Positions 12,739 to 24,310 of a stretch of 64,000 nucleotides of DNA are shown piece after piece. The stretch comes from Camelus ferus (lineage: Eukaryota). Position numbers and translations under genes: made by a program. The DNA lies in NCBI RefSeq assembly GCF_009834535.1, contig NC_045696.1, positions 27,282,001 to 27,346,000 on the forward strand, in the 5' to 3' direction. A model generated the notes under the pieces. It worked only from the letters and a program-made list of their open reading frames with translations, made no database searches and was not told where the DNA came from. Positions within the stretch are counted from its first letter, which is position 1. Each line of letters opens with the position of its first letter.

Positions 12739-13270
12739 TTTTGATATTTTATTTTAATATTTGATATTTTGTCACAATATTTTGTCACATATACCTTTTA
12801 AGGTAAATATGTCAAATAGGAAGGTAAAATAACTTAAAAACAATTACATATTTTCAAGAGAAAAACCTTACTATTGTGTCTTTTTAACATTGCAACATTC
12901 TGTCAGTTACAATCCATCTACAGTAACAGCTTTAAATTTCTTTATATTGGAGGGAGTTTAGAAAGGGTAAGTGATTAAAGAATTTGCCACAAGGCTGAGT
13001 TTGTATAGAAAGCATACTATTTTCAACTAGATCATATGTTCTTGGGATTGAGTAGGGAAAGAAGGAGAGTTAAGCAAAGTCTAAAATATATATGTGTGTG
13101 TATACATATATATATAATTTATATACATATAAATTATAAAATTATAAAGACTCTGGCTCCATTTTGAGACTGAAGGAGAAAAATGATAGCTTTTTAAAAA
13201 AACATTTGGAGATATACAAATATTATATACTTGACTAACAGTTTTAGAAAAAGAACTGTTTAAAAAGTTT

Positions 13271-13404
13271 GGGGAAAGACGGCATAGCTCAGTGGTAGAG
13301 TATGTGCTTAGCGTGCACAAGGTCCTGGGTTCATCTCCAGTACCTCCATTAAATAAATAAATTAACCTAATTACCTCCCCCACCAAAAAAACATTTTTTT
13401 TTTT
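13271..13404 (+). mobile_element. tRNA-Ala-derived SINE (camelid Vic-1-like)
   Basis: A box tagctcagtggtag, B-box-like ggttcatctcc, then a taaataaata/acctaattacctccccc tail. Flanked by the direct repeat aagtttggg (13265-13273 and 13405-13413) at a ttaaaaa site. Confidence 0.88.
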
Positions 13405-13599
13405 AAGTTTGGGAGAATTCAGCCTCTTGTTCTCTCTCTGTCTCACAAACACACACACACATACACATGTCACACACTTAGAATAAGAGACTTTCTTCCT
13501 CTTTTGCATGTGCCATCAAAGGGCTCCAGTTATTTAATCACTTTGAAATCTTCCGTATTCTAAGAATGTACACTGTGTAGACAATAATCTTTAGGTATA

Positions 13600-13690
13600 A
13601 ATAAGAGAAGCTAAGAGAGAAAAGAAACAAAAATGAAAGGAAGGAACCAAAGAAGGAAGGGAGGGAGGGACGGAGGGAGAAAGAAAAGGC
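13600..13690. repeat. Purine-rich (GGAA/GGGA) low-complexity tract
   Basis: aaaggaaggaaccaaagaaggaagggagggagggacggagggagaaagaaaagg. Confidence 0.75.
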
Positions 13691-15239
13691 TCGTTTCTTC
13701 TCCCTGCTTGTCACATCCAGGAGACATGAATCAGAAAGGTGATAAATGTTTGAAAAAAATTATACAGAAGCTGGAGGAAGAGGCTTTTTTCTGGTCTGAG
13801 AAAATAAGTTAGCCGGGCAGATACTTAAGATTATGTCTAATAACCACGGGGACCAGCAACCTTGATTGACTACTTAGGCCAGAAGAGGAGAAGATAATGG
13901 GCCTGCATGATAGCACGAGCTGCTCAGGAAACGTACAGACAAGAAGCAGTTAACAGTAAAGGTCACTGAACCATGAGCTGGTTGCCGACTGTGATGTCTC
14001 TAGAGGTCTTTAAAAATGGAATTTATTTCCATTTGGCCACAACAGTTTAGCTCTATAACCCTGTCTGCTAAAGAAATAGAGTAGTTAGCTCAAAGTGCTT
14101 TCTACGCTGTGATTTTAAGAGTGTAGAAATTCAGAGGCAAAGCGGGACAACAGATACATCCCTCTGCTTCCAAAATTTTTCCTTCAGATTATGGATCTAC
14201 AAATGGACACTTTACTAGAAAATGTCCTGGAAAATATTCTTTTCAGTTACTATTACCTTAAGTTGATGAAGTACTTTATCTACAGAGCTCATATGATAAA
14301 TCCAGGCGATATCAGAAAATTCCAAGAAAGCAAACTATTTATATGATCAGCACAACAGTAAAATTATAATTTTGGTATTTTCACACCGAGATCTCAATTT
14401 TTGAAGCATAATGGCAAACATATTTGAGTTTATCCTTACAAATTAAAGTACTGAGATTCTTCGCTGTTCACAATGGACCAAACAATTATTTTTAATGTAA
14501 TGACAGAAGACTGCCACAGTATCTGGGTCTAAAATAATTTAAGTATTTTAAACTCCTAGAATGACTCCATAGGACACTTCATAGGTAAGCAAATTTATCA
14601 ACAGTAGGACCGATCCTACTAGCAAATATCAGAGAAGAGCAGCTTTCTTGAATGGGCTGCAAACAAAATCACCTTGTCTATGGGATTCTTCTGCTAATTC
14701 ACAGATACTCATTTTCATCATTAGTAACTAAATTCTAGTGAATCCTTAAATTGATGCGATTTTTTTTCATTCTCATATATAGTGTTTTTTGAACATCAGG
14801 GCTCAATTAACAAATCTGACAGACTAGAACTGTAAATACCACATTCCAGAAAAATATGAATGGAGTAAAGTAGTGAGTTACAAGAATTTTTTTTGAGAAG
14901 AAACACATTTTTTATCAAAACAGAGGAGCACTTAGATTTTCAAGCAGTTAAGCTATCTACATTTGAACTGACAAAACCCAGTAGTCTGTTATACTGGAGA
15001 AATTATATGCATAGATACTCATGAATGATAATATCTCTAACAATTAAAAAACCTCAGGATATTTTAATACTAGGTATGATTTCTTTTTAGGGAAAAAATT
15101 GAGTCTAACATAAAAGCCTGTCATTATGTCTTTCAACTTTTCAGACATAAAAATAGAGTGATTAAGAGGGGTATTTTTAGAATGTATTTAATGGATACAT
15201 AAAATGCTGTGAACTTTTCCCCTCCACTCGATTACCTCA

Positions 15240-15400
15240 CTTTATTCTGGTTGTCACAGCCGAAGTAGGGGTGCTTCCAGCACCTAGTGGGCACAGGTCA
15301 GGCACGCTGGTAACCATCCGACAATGCACAAGACAGTTCCCACAACACAGAATGATCCGACCCAAAATGTCAACAGTGCCAGGACTGTGAAACCTTGCTA
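15240..15400 (+). mobile_element. MER20 (hAT-Charlie) partial element
   Basis: 'tggttgtcaca...cacctagtggg...catccgacaatgcacaagacagttcccacaacacagaatgatccgacccaaaatgtcaacagtgcc...gaaaccttg' follows the recalled MER20 consensus. Confidence 0.85.
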
Positions 15401-15739
15401 TCTATTATTCAGTCTGAGGTTCAACAGAATAGTAACAAATAATTATTTTCCCTCAAAAACGCTCAAAAGATCTTGCACTATGCCTGACATATCACAGGTA
15501 CTTAGAAAAAGTTACTATCCCTCCTCTTTTCCTTTGGCCTCTGACAACGTCTCCACTGTCCCCAAAACAGTTATTAAATGGCGCAACTTAGATATCTGCC
15601 TGCTAGAGTCTGACACTGAAATGCAACTACCCAGCAATCTATGACAATGCATGTGCCACCTGACAGAAGCTCTCAGGATCCTGATTTTGGTGGTAACATT
15701 CCCTAAATCAGTTTAGAAAGTCAGAAACCGAGATCTGTC

Positions 15740-16485
15740 CTCTCTCCTCAAGATACACAATCCATTACCAAATTCCGTAGCGTTCACTTCATAGCCCTTT
15801 GTCCATTCCATCCACCTCTTTCTACATCTATTGCTACCACGCTGGACAAGCTAGCCAACAACGCTCACCTGAACTACTATCTTGCTTTTCTTCCAATTCA
15901 ATCTCACAATGTAGCCAGAATGATTAAAAACTAAACTCACCTGATTATGCTAATTTTGCTTAAAACCTTTCAATATGGTCCCATTGCTCTTAAAATAGAG
16001 AGCAAAATCCTTAACATGGCCTCGCTGTGTAAGTCTTCAGTGCCTTCTCATATCCCCTCCCCTCCTCCATCTCCCTAACTTAGCCCCATAGGTCTTATTT
16101 TCGTCCATAAGTGAACCTTGCTCTGTCTTACTTCTGGTCTGTTTATGCTGTACCCTGGGATCTTCTCCCTTTTAAGTCCTACTCACCTTAGCTCTCAGCT
16201 CAGAAAGAATGTATCTTCAGAAAGCTACCTTTAAATCTGATACTAAATCTTATCAGAATGCTTATGTTTTCATACCAACCTGAACGTTTCTCCTAGAGCA
16301 CTCATCACAGTTTAAAATTATACATTTGTGTGATTATTCTACAAATACTTGTTTCTCAAACTAGCTCATAAGCTCCATGAGAGCAAGTATTTAACCATTC
16401 TGTTTGCCATCACTTCTCTAGAACTTACTGAGTCGAGGACATTACTCACATCGTAAATATCTGATGGAAGAATGAACGAATGATA
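15740..16485 (+). mobile_element. L2 LINE 3' fragment
   Basis: 'gcttaaaacctttcaat...cccattgctcttaaaatagagagcaaaatccttaacatggcct', 'taagctccatgagagca' and a terminal 'gaatgaacgaatga'. Confidence 0.78.
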
Positions 16486-16906
16486 ATAATGTCCCCATTT
16501 CCCAGGTGAAAGCACTTTCTCCCTCCCTGGCATACTTATATCTTTACAAATCCACTTTTATATTCTGCTGATACTGTAGACATTTGAGAGTTTCTTTCTC
16601 AATAAGCTCCATGAAGTCATCTCCATGTCTTCTTATCTGTGCGTCTTTCATGGCATCCAGCACATTGTTTTATACGTAGAAAGTGCTCAAGAATTTGTTT
16701 AGTTGAAAACCTGGAATGCTTATTTTCAAATGGCATAATTCATGGGGAGGGTCTAGAGTTAAGATACATGATGGCATAATGACAGTTACTCAACTGACAG
16801 TTAAACAACTTTGGATCAAGATTCTCTCCAAAATTAATCAGATCTATCCTGCATAAATCACACAACCTTTCTATGTTTCAGTTTAATAAAGAGATATCCA
16901 GAGGTT

Positions 16907-17053
16907 GGGTGGTGGGTATAGCTCAAGTGGTAGACCGCATGCCTAGCATGCATGAGGTCCTGGGTTCAAACCTCAGTACCTCCCCTAAAATAAACAAACA
17001 AACAAACAAACCTAATGACTCCCCCAAAATAAAATAAATTAAAAAATTTTTAA
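16907..17053 (+). mobile_element. tRNA-Ala-derived SINE (camelid Vic-1-like), second copy
   Basis: gggtatagctcaagtggtagaccgcatgcctagcatgcatgaggtcctgggttcaaacctcagtacctcc, followed by the same acctaat..ctccccc tail as the 13271 copy. Degenerate TSD aaagagatatc / aaagagccatc. Confidence 0.88.
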
Positions 17054-17372
17054 AAAGAGCCATCAATGTTAGCTACCTCTGTGTCAGATCACACACTAGA
17101 AACCCTCTGCAGAAAAGAGTTCAATATGCTAATTTTGCAAAGGGAGGAAATGAAGACCAAGTAATTTTCTTAAAAGGTCACACATCTGATAAGACACGGA
17201 GGATTGGAACTCAGGTCTATTTAGCTCTTAAAATCCTTGCTCTTCTTACTACATTGCATGAATTGTTTTTTAAAAATTTAAACAAGTATTAAAACTTATT
17301 TTAACATAAATTTGGTTCTAAAATCTTTTGGCTCTATGAATTAAACAAAATAATTTTCAATAAAATTATTTA

Positions 17373-18489
17373 CAAAGGAAATCATCAACAAAATGAAAAG
17401 GCAACCTACCGAATGGGGGAAAACACTTGCAAGTTATATTTCTGATAAGGGGTTAATATCCAAAATATATAAAGAACTCATACAACTCAACAGCAAAAAA
17501 ACAAACAATCTGATTTTAAAAATGGGCAGAGGATATGAATAGACAGTTTTCCAAAGAAGACACACAGAAGGCTCAACATCACTAGCCATCAGGGAAATGC
17601 AAATCAAAACCACAGTGAGATATCACCTCCCACCTGTTAGAATGGCTACTAACACAAGGACAAGAAATAAGAAGTGTTGGCAAAGATATGAAGAAAAGGG
17701 AATCCTTGTATACTCTTGGTGGGAATGTAAATTGCTGTAGCCACTATGGAAAACAATGTGGAAATTCCTTAAAAAAATTAAAAATAGAACTACAACATGA
17801 TCCAGCAACTCCTGGGTATTCATCCAAAGAGAACAAAAACACCAATTCAAAAATATATACACATGTCCATGTTTGTTGCAACATTATTTACAATAGCCAA
17901 GATACAGACAAAAATCTAAATATCCATCAGTGGATGAATGGATAAAGAAATGTAAACTAACTAACTGTATAAACACACACACAGTGGAATATTATTCAGC
18001 CATAAAAAAGAAAGCAATCCTGCCATTTGAGACAACATTAGGCTGAGGGCATTAGGCTAAGTGAAATAACTCAGACAGAGAAAGACAAATGCCATATGAC
18101 CTCACTTATATGTGGAATTTAAAAAAAAAAACAAGTTCATAGATACAGAGAGCAGATGGTGGATGCCTAAGGTGGGGGTGAGGGGTAGGCAGAACAGGTG
18201 GGGGGGGTCAGACGTTATAAACTTCAAGTTATAAGTAATGAGGATGTACTGTACAGCATGGGGAATATGCTCAATAATACTCCACTGTGTCCTTGAAAAG
18301 TGCTAAGAGAGTAAATCTTAAAAGTTCTCATCACAAGGAAAAAATTTCTAACTATTTCTGCCCATATATGGTGATGGATATGAATTAGACTTATTGAGGT
18401 GATCATTGTGAAATATATATATATATATATCAAATCATTTGCTGTACAACTAATATAAAGTTTTTGTCAATTATACCTCAACAAAAAAG
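17373..18489 (+). mobile_element. L1 (L1MA-like) 3' end, about 1.1 kb, 5'-truncated, antisense to ROBO1
   Basis: ORF2 C-terminal remnants (ORF track 17688..17945 'YTLGGNVN..HYGKQCGNSLKKLKIEL'), 3' UTR ending 'gtcaattatacctcaacaaaaaa', and near-perfect TSD aaattattta (17363-17372) / aaattactta (18490-18499). Confidence 0.92.
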
Positions 18490-21081
18490 AAATTACTTAA
18501 ATGCACAATCCATGTGTTAATAGATTAAATTAACGTGGATGCATAATTATTCTGCTTCACATATGGGCAGGTTTCACATGTATAAAAAGGTTTTTGGGGA
18601 AGAAATGCCTCATGCTATATTTTATTTTCTCGTATAAAAACAATATCTAAACAATGAATTTTCCATCTCTGAAAAGTGATATGATGCAATGTTTTAGGAC
18701 AACCACCATCAATATCAAATTATGCAATCAAGTATCAAAGATACATGTTCACAGTTTGCTATACATTAGAAAGACATCTCTGACCTCAGTTTTCTCATCT
18801 GTAAAAAGAGCCAAAGTAAATGATTCATAAGCCCCATCCATCCATTCAAAATCTCACCACTCCAGAACAGAAATTATGTAATTTAACATTATTTCCAAGA
18901 AACCTAAATCAGGCCAAAATTACTTATTATCAGCTACGTTTAGTAATTTAGTACATTTGCGACAAATAAAAAGCCTAAGGAAAAACACAAGAGCACACCT
19001 CATCTCTTTACTAATGACCCATAAAGAATACTGTTTGAAATGACTATTCCACTATCTGCAATGTTAACTTTTTGAAAGCACCTCTGTAAAATGGCCATCT
19101 CTATCAGTTTTAATTGTGCAATGCTCTAAAGTCTCTCCTAATAACATCGACCACACAAAATAAATACCCTACAGCTAAAGCAAACTTTAACAACCATTTA
19201 TGGATTTTTCTACCCTCATAATTTGGTTATAAAGCAACTACTCAGCTATATTTTGTCTTATACTTATTTCAGTATTTTCTACAGGTGTGTTTATACAGGC
19301 ACATTATTTATCAAGCCCCGTGAATAACAGTTTAAAAGCAAATTAAAGTGCTCGTGGTATTTTAATCAGTTTTGCAGACTTTAGCTATAATATTATAAGG
19401 TATTAATTTCCAATTCACACAGAGTCTTTTAGGAACATGAAATAGAAAGAAGCATATTATATTCTTAAATTATCAAAATAAGGCTCAAAGGATACCAAAT
19501 GCCACATAGTGTGAAGTATAACTATTCTAATGGTGTCTCTAATGTTTGGAATATGCTGAAATGATTTGTGAATCTGTAAGGATGAAAACTATTCAGAATA
19601 ATTATTAATTCTGCATATACATATCAAATATTTAAAATGATAGCAAACAAATAATAAAATTCGATACATTTAGATGCATCAAAGACCACTTTTCAATTAT
19701 TTTATATATTTAGTTTATCCAGGGATCATCATAAGAAAAAGGTGTCTTTAATATCAAATAGTCTAAAATTATTCTCATTATGATTATTTCTCTCTTAAAC
19801 AATGGATTATCTCAATCACTTTATGTCCTAACAATTCTAGATAAAATCGAATACATCACTGTGGCTTAACTTAGAATTAATTCTTTTACATGAAATGATA
19901 CACAGTATCACAAAATAATTCCAAGTCTTAAAATTATGTGAGATTATTAGCAATGGATTTAATATTTTAAAATGAGCTCCCCATTAATGACTAGGGCAAA
20001 AAACGACTTCTCCAAATTTCATTCTCAGGCTGAGTGAGTCAGATTGTGTAGATTCACATAAACTCAATTACATATTTCTACACTGATGTCATTATTTCAG
20101 AATGTAGGTTGCTAAAGACAGTCGTTAAGGTAGACATCTATTTAACTGAGCAACGAGAAAACCTTACCCACTGTTATGTAGATGCATAAATCACAGTAAA
20201 GCTCAGAACATAATGGGAGACCCATGATGTGCTATTTTTTTATTAGTGTGATGCTGTGTCATTATTTGTCACAGGATCATCTATGTATCAATTATTTATT
20301 GTACCTGACTGCTCTACTTATTTCTTCAAATACTTGTTTGGCAAAAAATAAAAAATAAAAAAAAACACATTAAAAGAGTGTTTCAAATTCTCCGTAGGAA
20401 GGTTGTATGGTGAATGCTTTTTCTTTTGATTGATTTTTAAAATTTATATCAGTTTGTTTGAAATAACTGAAAGCAACCCCAAAGCTTCATGAGTAAATGA
20501 AAGAAAACTACGAGAATGTCACATCTTCCACGGTCATTTGGGTTAAAATGGCTATTTCTGAAAGGCTATAAGAACACAAGAAGTTCTTTACTTTATCCTT
20601 CCTACAAAAAAAAAAAAAAAAAAAAAAAAAAGGAAAAGAATCATAGGCCATAATGCTGCTGGGTCTCAATCAAATCAAATAGCATAAAAAAAGCAGCAGG
20701 AGTGGAGCTCGGCATCCTATTTACGCCACTGGATCAGAACAGTTAGGAGAGGGAGCCATTCTCACAAATCATCCTCTTGTTAAATTCTGTAGTGGGACTT
20801 CATTAAACCTCTTGGCTGATAGCACTTTACTTCCAGCCTGTTCACAAAGAGCTCAGCTGGCAATACTGACTCTTTAAACGTCTTCAATCACACATTGTCT
20901 TTTTGGGTTTTCTTATTATAATCACAAATCTCTTCTTCTCATTGGCCCTTCAAATTTCATTATTATTTTAACTATAAAATAAACAACAACAAAAAATACC
21001 ACAAAAAAAACCACAACAAATCCTGTAAGAGAGGCATATTGAATAAGACTCTTGAGTTCAACATTAAGAGTAGGAATACAT

Positions 21082-21189
21082 CAATGAAAAAGAATATGAA
21101 AAGGAACATTATGTATATGCATGACTGGGACATTGTGCTGTACACCAGAAATCAACACATTGTAACTGACTGTACTTAAATTTAAAAAA
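21082..21189 (+). mobile_element. Very short L1 3'-terminal insertion with TSD
   Basis: 'tgcatgactgggacattgtgctgtacaccagaaatcaacacattgtaactgactgtact' plus an A-tail. 16-nt TSD aagagtaggaatacat (21066-21081) / aagagtagcgatacat (21190-21205). Confidence 0.85.
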
Positions 21190-22784
21190 AAGAGTAGCGA
21201 TACATACACACAGGAGGTGGGAAATATATATGTATAATGTTGTGTGTGTGTGTGTATCCCAATCCCTGAAGCACTGTTTACTTAGTACCACTGACTCTCC
21301 TGCGCCTCTGTGGATTACTGCCATATGTCAGAAGAACCATTCCCCAAAGAACCAGTCTGCCATACCTTGTCAGAATGTGACAAACATGTCACACACATAT
21401 CAACATTCTTAAAGTCATCAAGTAAAGCTTTGGGAGCCTTATACTATGTGTTTCATCAAAATGTTGAACTCACGGTTCTTAACTACAATCTTGGATTATA
21501 GTAAACCTGACTTGAACCTGCAAAAAGGCCTCTGGACACTATTAGTTTTGGCTTTGACTCAAATAACTATATTACTGGTCAGAAACAATGTATTATTATA
21601 CTGCCAGCTTTTCTGAAATCAGCAATGTAAGCAAACTGTTCCAACAAATGATCTGAATGAAATCTGCATCATAGAAAGGAAATTCAGAACTGAAGCATCC
21701 AATTTTGTCTCTCATTACTTCTTTTACATCTAGAAATTATATGAGCTCTAAAAAAATCATATGATTCTTACACTGTATCAGATCTCATGCTGATAGAAAG
21801 CTAAACATGGTGAAGCCTGTTAATGGGAACCACAAATTTATAAAATAGGCCCCCTGTCCCCCAGAGTTTGTTTTTGAATGCAGGTTTATTAAAGTTTATC
21901 CTTTACTACTGGCAATAAAATCCACAGTAAGCTATATTGTTTTACTTTTACCTAAGTTTCAATTTTACATTCTGAAATAATTATATAGTGGTCCATTAAA
22001 AAAAAAAAAAGCCACACAGGCACCCAACATGGTACATTGGGTGAGATTCACATGTGGTTTGCTTTTCCTCAAAGTTGCTATTTCACATCTTAGAACATGC
22101 TCAGATGCACAAAAGCACATTTCTTTTAATGGATTATGCCTTCCAATTCATTTTCAAGATTACTGAAGTTTTAAGTTATATGGAAGTTATTACTGGGGAC
22201 CGTCTCTCTGAATTATTTTTATCTCCAGTTAATTAAATTGTTCCAATATATAGATAATGTTTATGGAAGGAACAGTGAAGGGATTCAATCTTTTTCATTT
22301 TATCAGGAAATTTAGCAGCATTGAACATACCAGAAGGGATAAACATTATGTTTAAAGATCAAAGGGAATCATGTTAATTATGAATCTAATTAATTTAGAA
22401 AATTGATTATTTGGGTCTCAAATGCATATCAGATATACATAGTGAAAAAAAAGTATTTTTAACTAAATGCAGAATTTTGTGTTACATTTCACTTATTTTC
22501 TGTTTCCTGAAGCAACTAGAATAAAAATTGACATTTTTAAACAACAATTACAGAAGCCTTGGCAGCCATTGTTTATGGAAAAGTATTTATCATGTGCCTC
22601 TGTAGAGTTTCATGGGAGATACACACATGACTCTGATCTTAATCTTTCTACACAGCCAGAGATAGGCAGCTAAGAGTGCTAAAGCTACAGAAGTCCTGAT
22701 TCTGGCACCTATGAAGACACATCACTGAAGTGACCCACTTCTCTTCCTCGTCCTTCTTCATATCACCTTTATTGCTTCTACTTT

Positions 22785-22980
22785 TACTGAGCATTTAAAT
22801 GCTTCACACAACGTGCTAAGCATTCCATATTTATAGTTAATTTAATCCCCACAACAGTCCTATGAGGGTGACATTTTCATTCCCATTTGACTAATGAGAA
22901 AACTGAGAATCAAGAGATTTTATGTCTTGTACATTCACACTGAATCCATGCGTGTCTGTCAGAAAAGACTGAGCTATTAG
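22785..22980 (-). mobile_element. MIR SINE
   Basis: 'tttaatccccacaacagtcctatgagg...tcccatttgactaatgagaaaactgag' is the reverse MIR core. Confidence 0.75.
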
Positions 22981-23010
22981 TCCTGCCCAAAAGAATGGTT
23001 CCTAAAGCAG

Positions 23011-23014
<4 letters not shown>

Positions 23015-23049
<35 letters not shown>
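23015..23049. repeat. Poly(A)35 homopolymer; others at 20606-20631, 27931-27950 and 29414-29437
   Basis: Counted directly from the sequence. Confidence 0.95.
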
Positions 23050-23053
<4 letters not shown>

Positions 23054-23479
23054 CCCTAATACACTTTTCAAAGAAATACTGAGGACTAATTTTGACAGAC
23101 AGGCCTTGATATCAAGGGGGCTCAGAAAATTACAAGTGCAGAAATGTTCAACAATGATCAAACTCTACATTAATCAGCTACCCCAAACTTCAAATCTCTA
23201 TGGTCAAAATAAATATTACTGGGACTCTAATGGGATAGTTGTTTTGGAAGAAGCTGATGGAAAAATGAATCATAACAACAATTACTTTTGCATAAGCACT
23301 TCATAATCCACAAGCCACTTTTATGACACTATAATTATTTTGTTAAGTATTTTATTTCCTATCAGTTCACTGATGTTTATAGTCCTTGTACATTCAGTTT
23401 TTTCAACATCTCTGAGATGAAACTCAGAGAAATCAAGTGACTTGCCCAGAATCCCACAGCTGGTCTGTGTTGGGCAGCC

Positions 23480-24310
23480 CTTGATTCACTCAGACAGAAA
23501 ATGTTACATGAGCACCAAGGATGCTCCTAAGCCTGCTGTAAGCAACGAGACTAAGAAGGCAAAGTAAATAAAGCGTGCCTGTAAGGAACTCACAGTCAAG
23601 CGGGGAAGACCTTGAAGTTCAATAAGGGGGGCAACAGCATCCACTGGGTCCATGGGTGGGCATCCCTAACCTGACATTGGGGTGAGGACTGTCTGCAAAG
23701 TCCATCTTCCTGGAAGATGCCTACCTGAGTCGGGTCCAAGGATAAGAGTCATTGGAAAAAGATGGGTCACTGGAGGGCAGGACATTTTAGACCAAAGAAC
23801 TAGCATAAAGAAAAGCCCAGAGGTAAGCTACGTGGTGGTATTTAGATGAAAAAATATATAAAACAATATAGCGTTACTACATCGAAGGGAGCAGCAAGAG
23901 CAGACTAGGTCACCAGGCAGGGCACTATTTAGGTATTCTGGGTCTTATCCTGGAGAGATGGGAAGCATGACAATGTTTATGAATGGAACTCAGATAACTA
24001 GATTTGTGTTACAGGTCAATGTACCTGCTGTGTGGAGGAAGGATTCTAAGGCACAAGATGGAGGCAAGGAAACTGGTTAGAGATGAACAGTTTCATTGCT
24101 CAAGAGATAATAAAGCAGTGGCAAGATGATAAGAGCGATGTTGAAAGTTGAGAAGTATTTAAAAGGAAAAATAAATAGGAATTTAAGGTGACTGACACTT
24201 GAGAAATGGAAGAGTAAAGCATGACTCCACTAGCACCCAAGCTGTCTACAAGTGTCTCTCCGCAGGTTGCATTGCCACCAACCGAAATGGAGGACAGGGA
24301 AGAATTCAGC
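23480..24310 (-). mobile_element. L2 LINE fragment
   Basis: Starts with the reverse of an L2 tail ('ttgattcactcagacagaaaatgttacatgagcacc'). Contains 'aaggaactcacagtcaagcgggga' and 'ggaggcaaggaaactggttag'. Confidence 0.7.

Noticed and set aside
13271..13350. tRNA-Ala gene (also 16907-16985)
   Set aside because: Imperfect stems, a SINE-type tail and flanking direct repeats indicate SINE copies rather than functional tRNA genes.
17623..18433. ORFs with L1 ORF2-like peptide
   Set aside because: Fragments of a truncated, frameshifted L1 that cannot encode a functional protein.
15740..24310. Oppositely oriented L2 pair as a dsRNA or circularisation element
   Set aside because: Both copies are ancient and too diverged for extended pairing to be visible.
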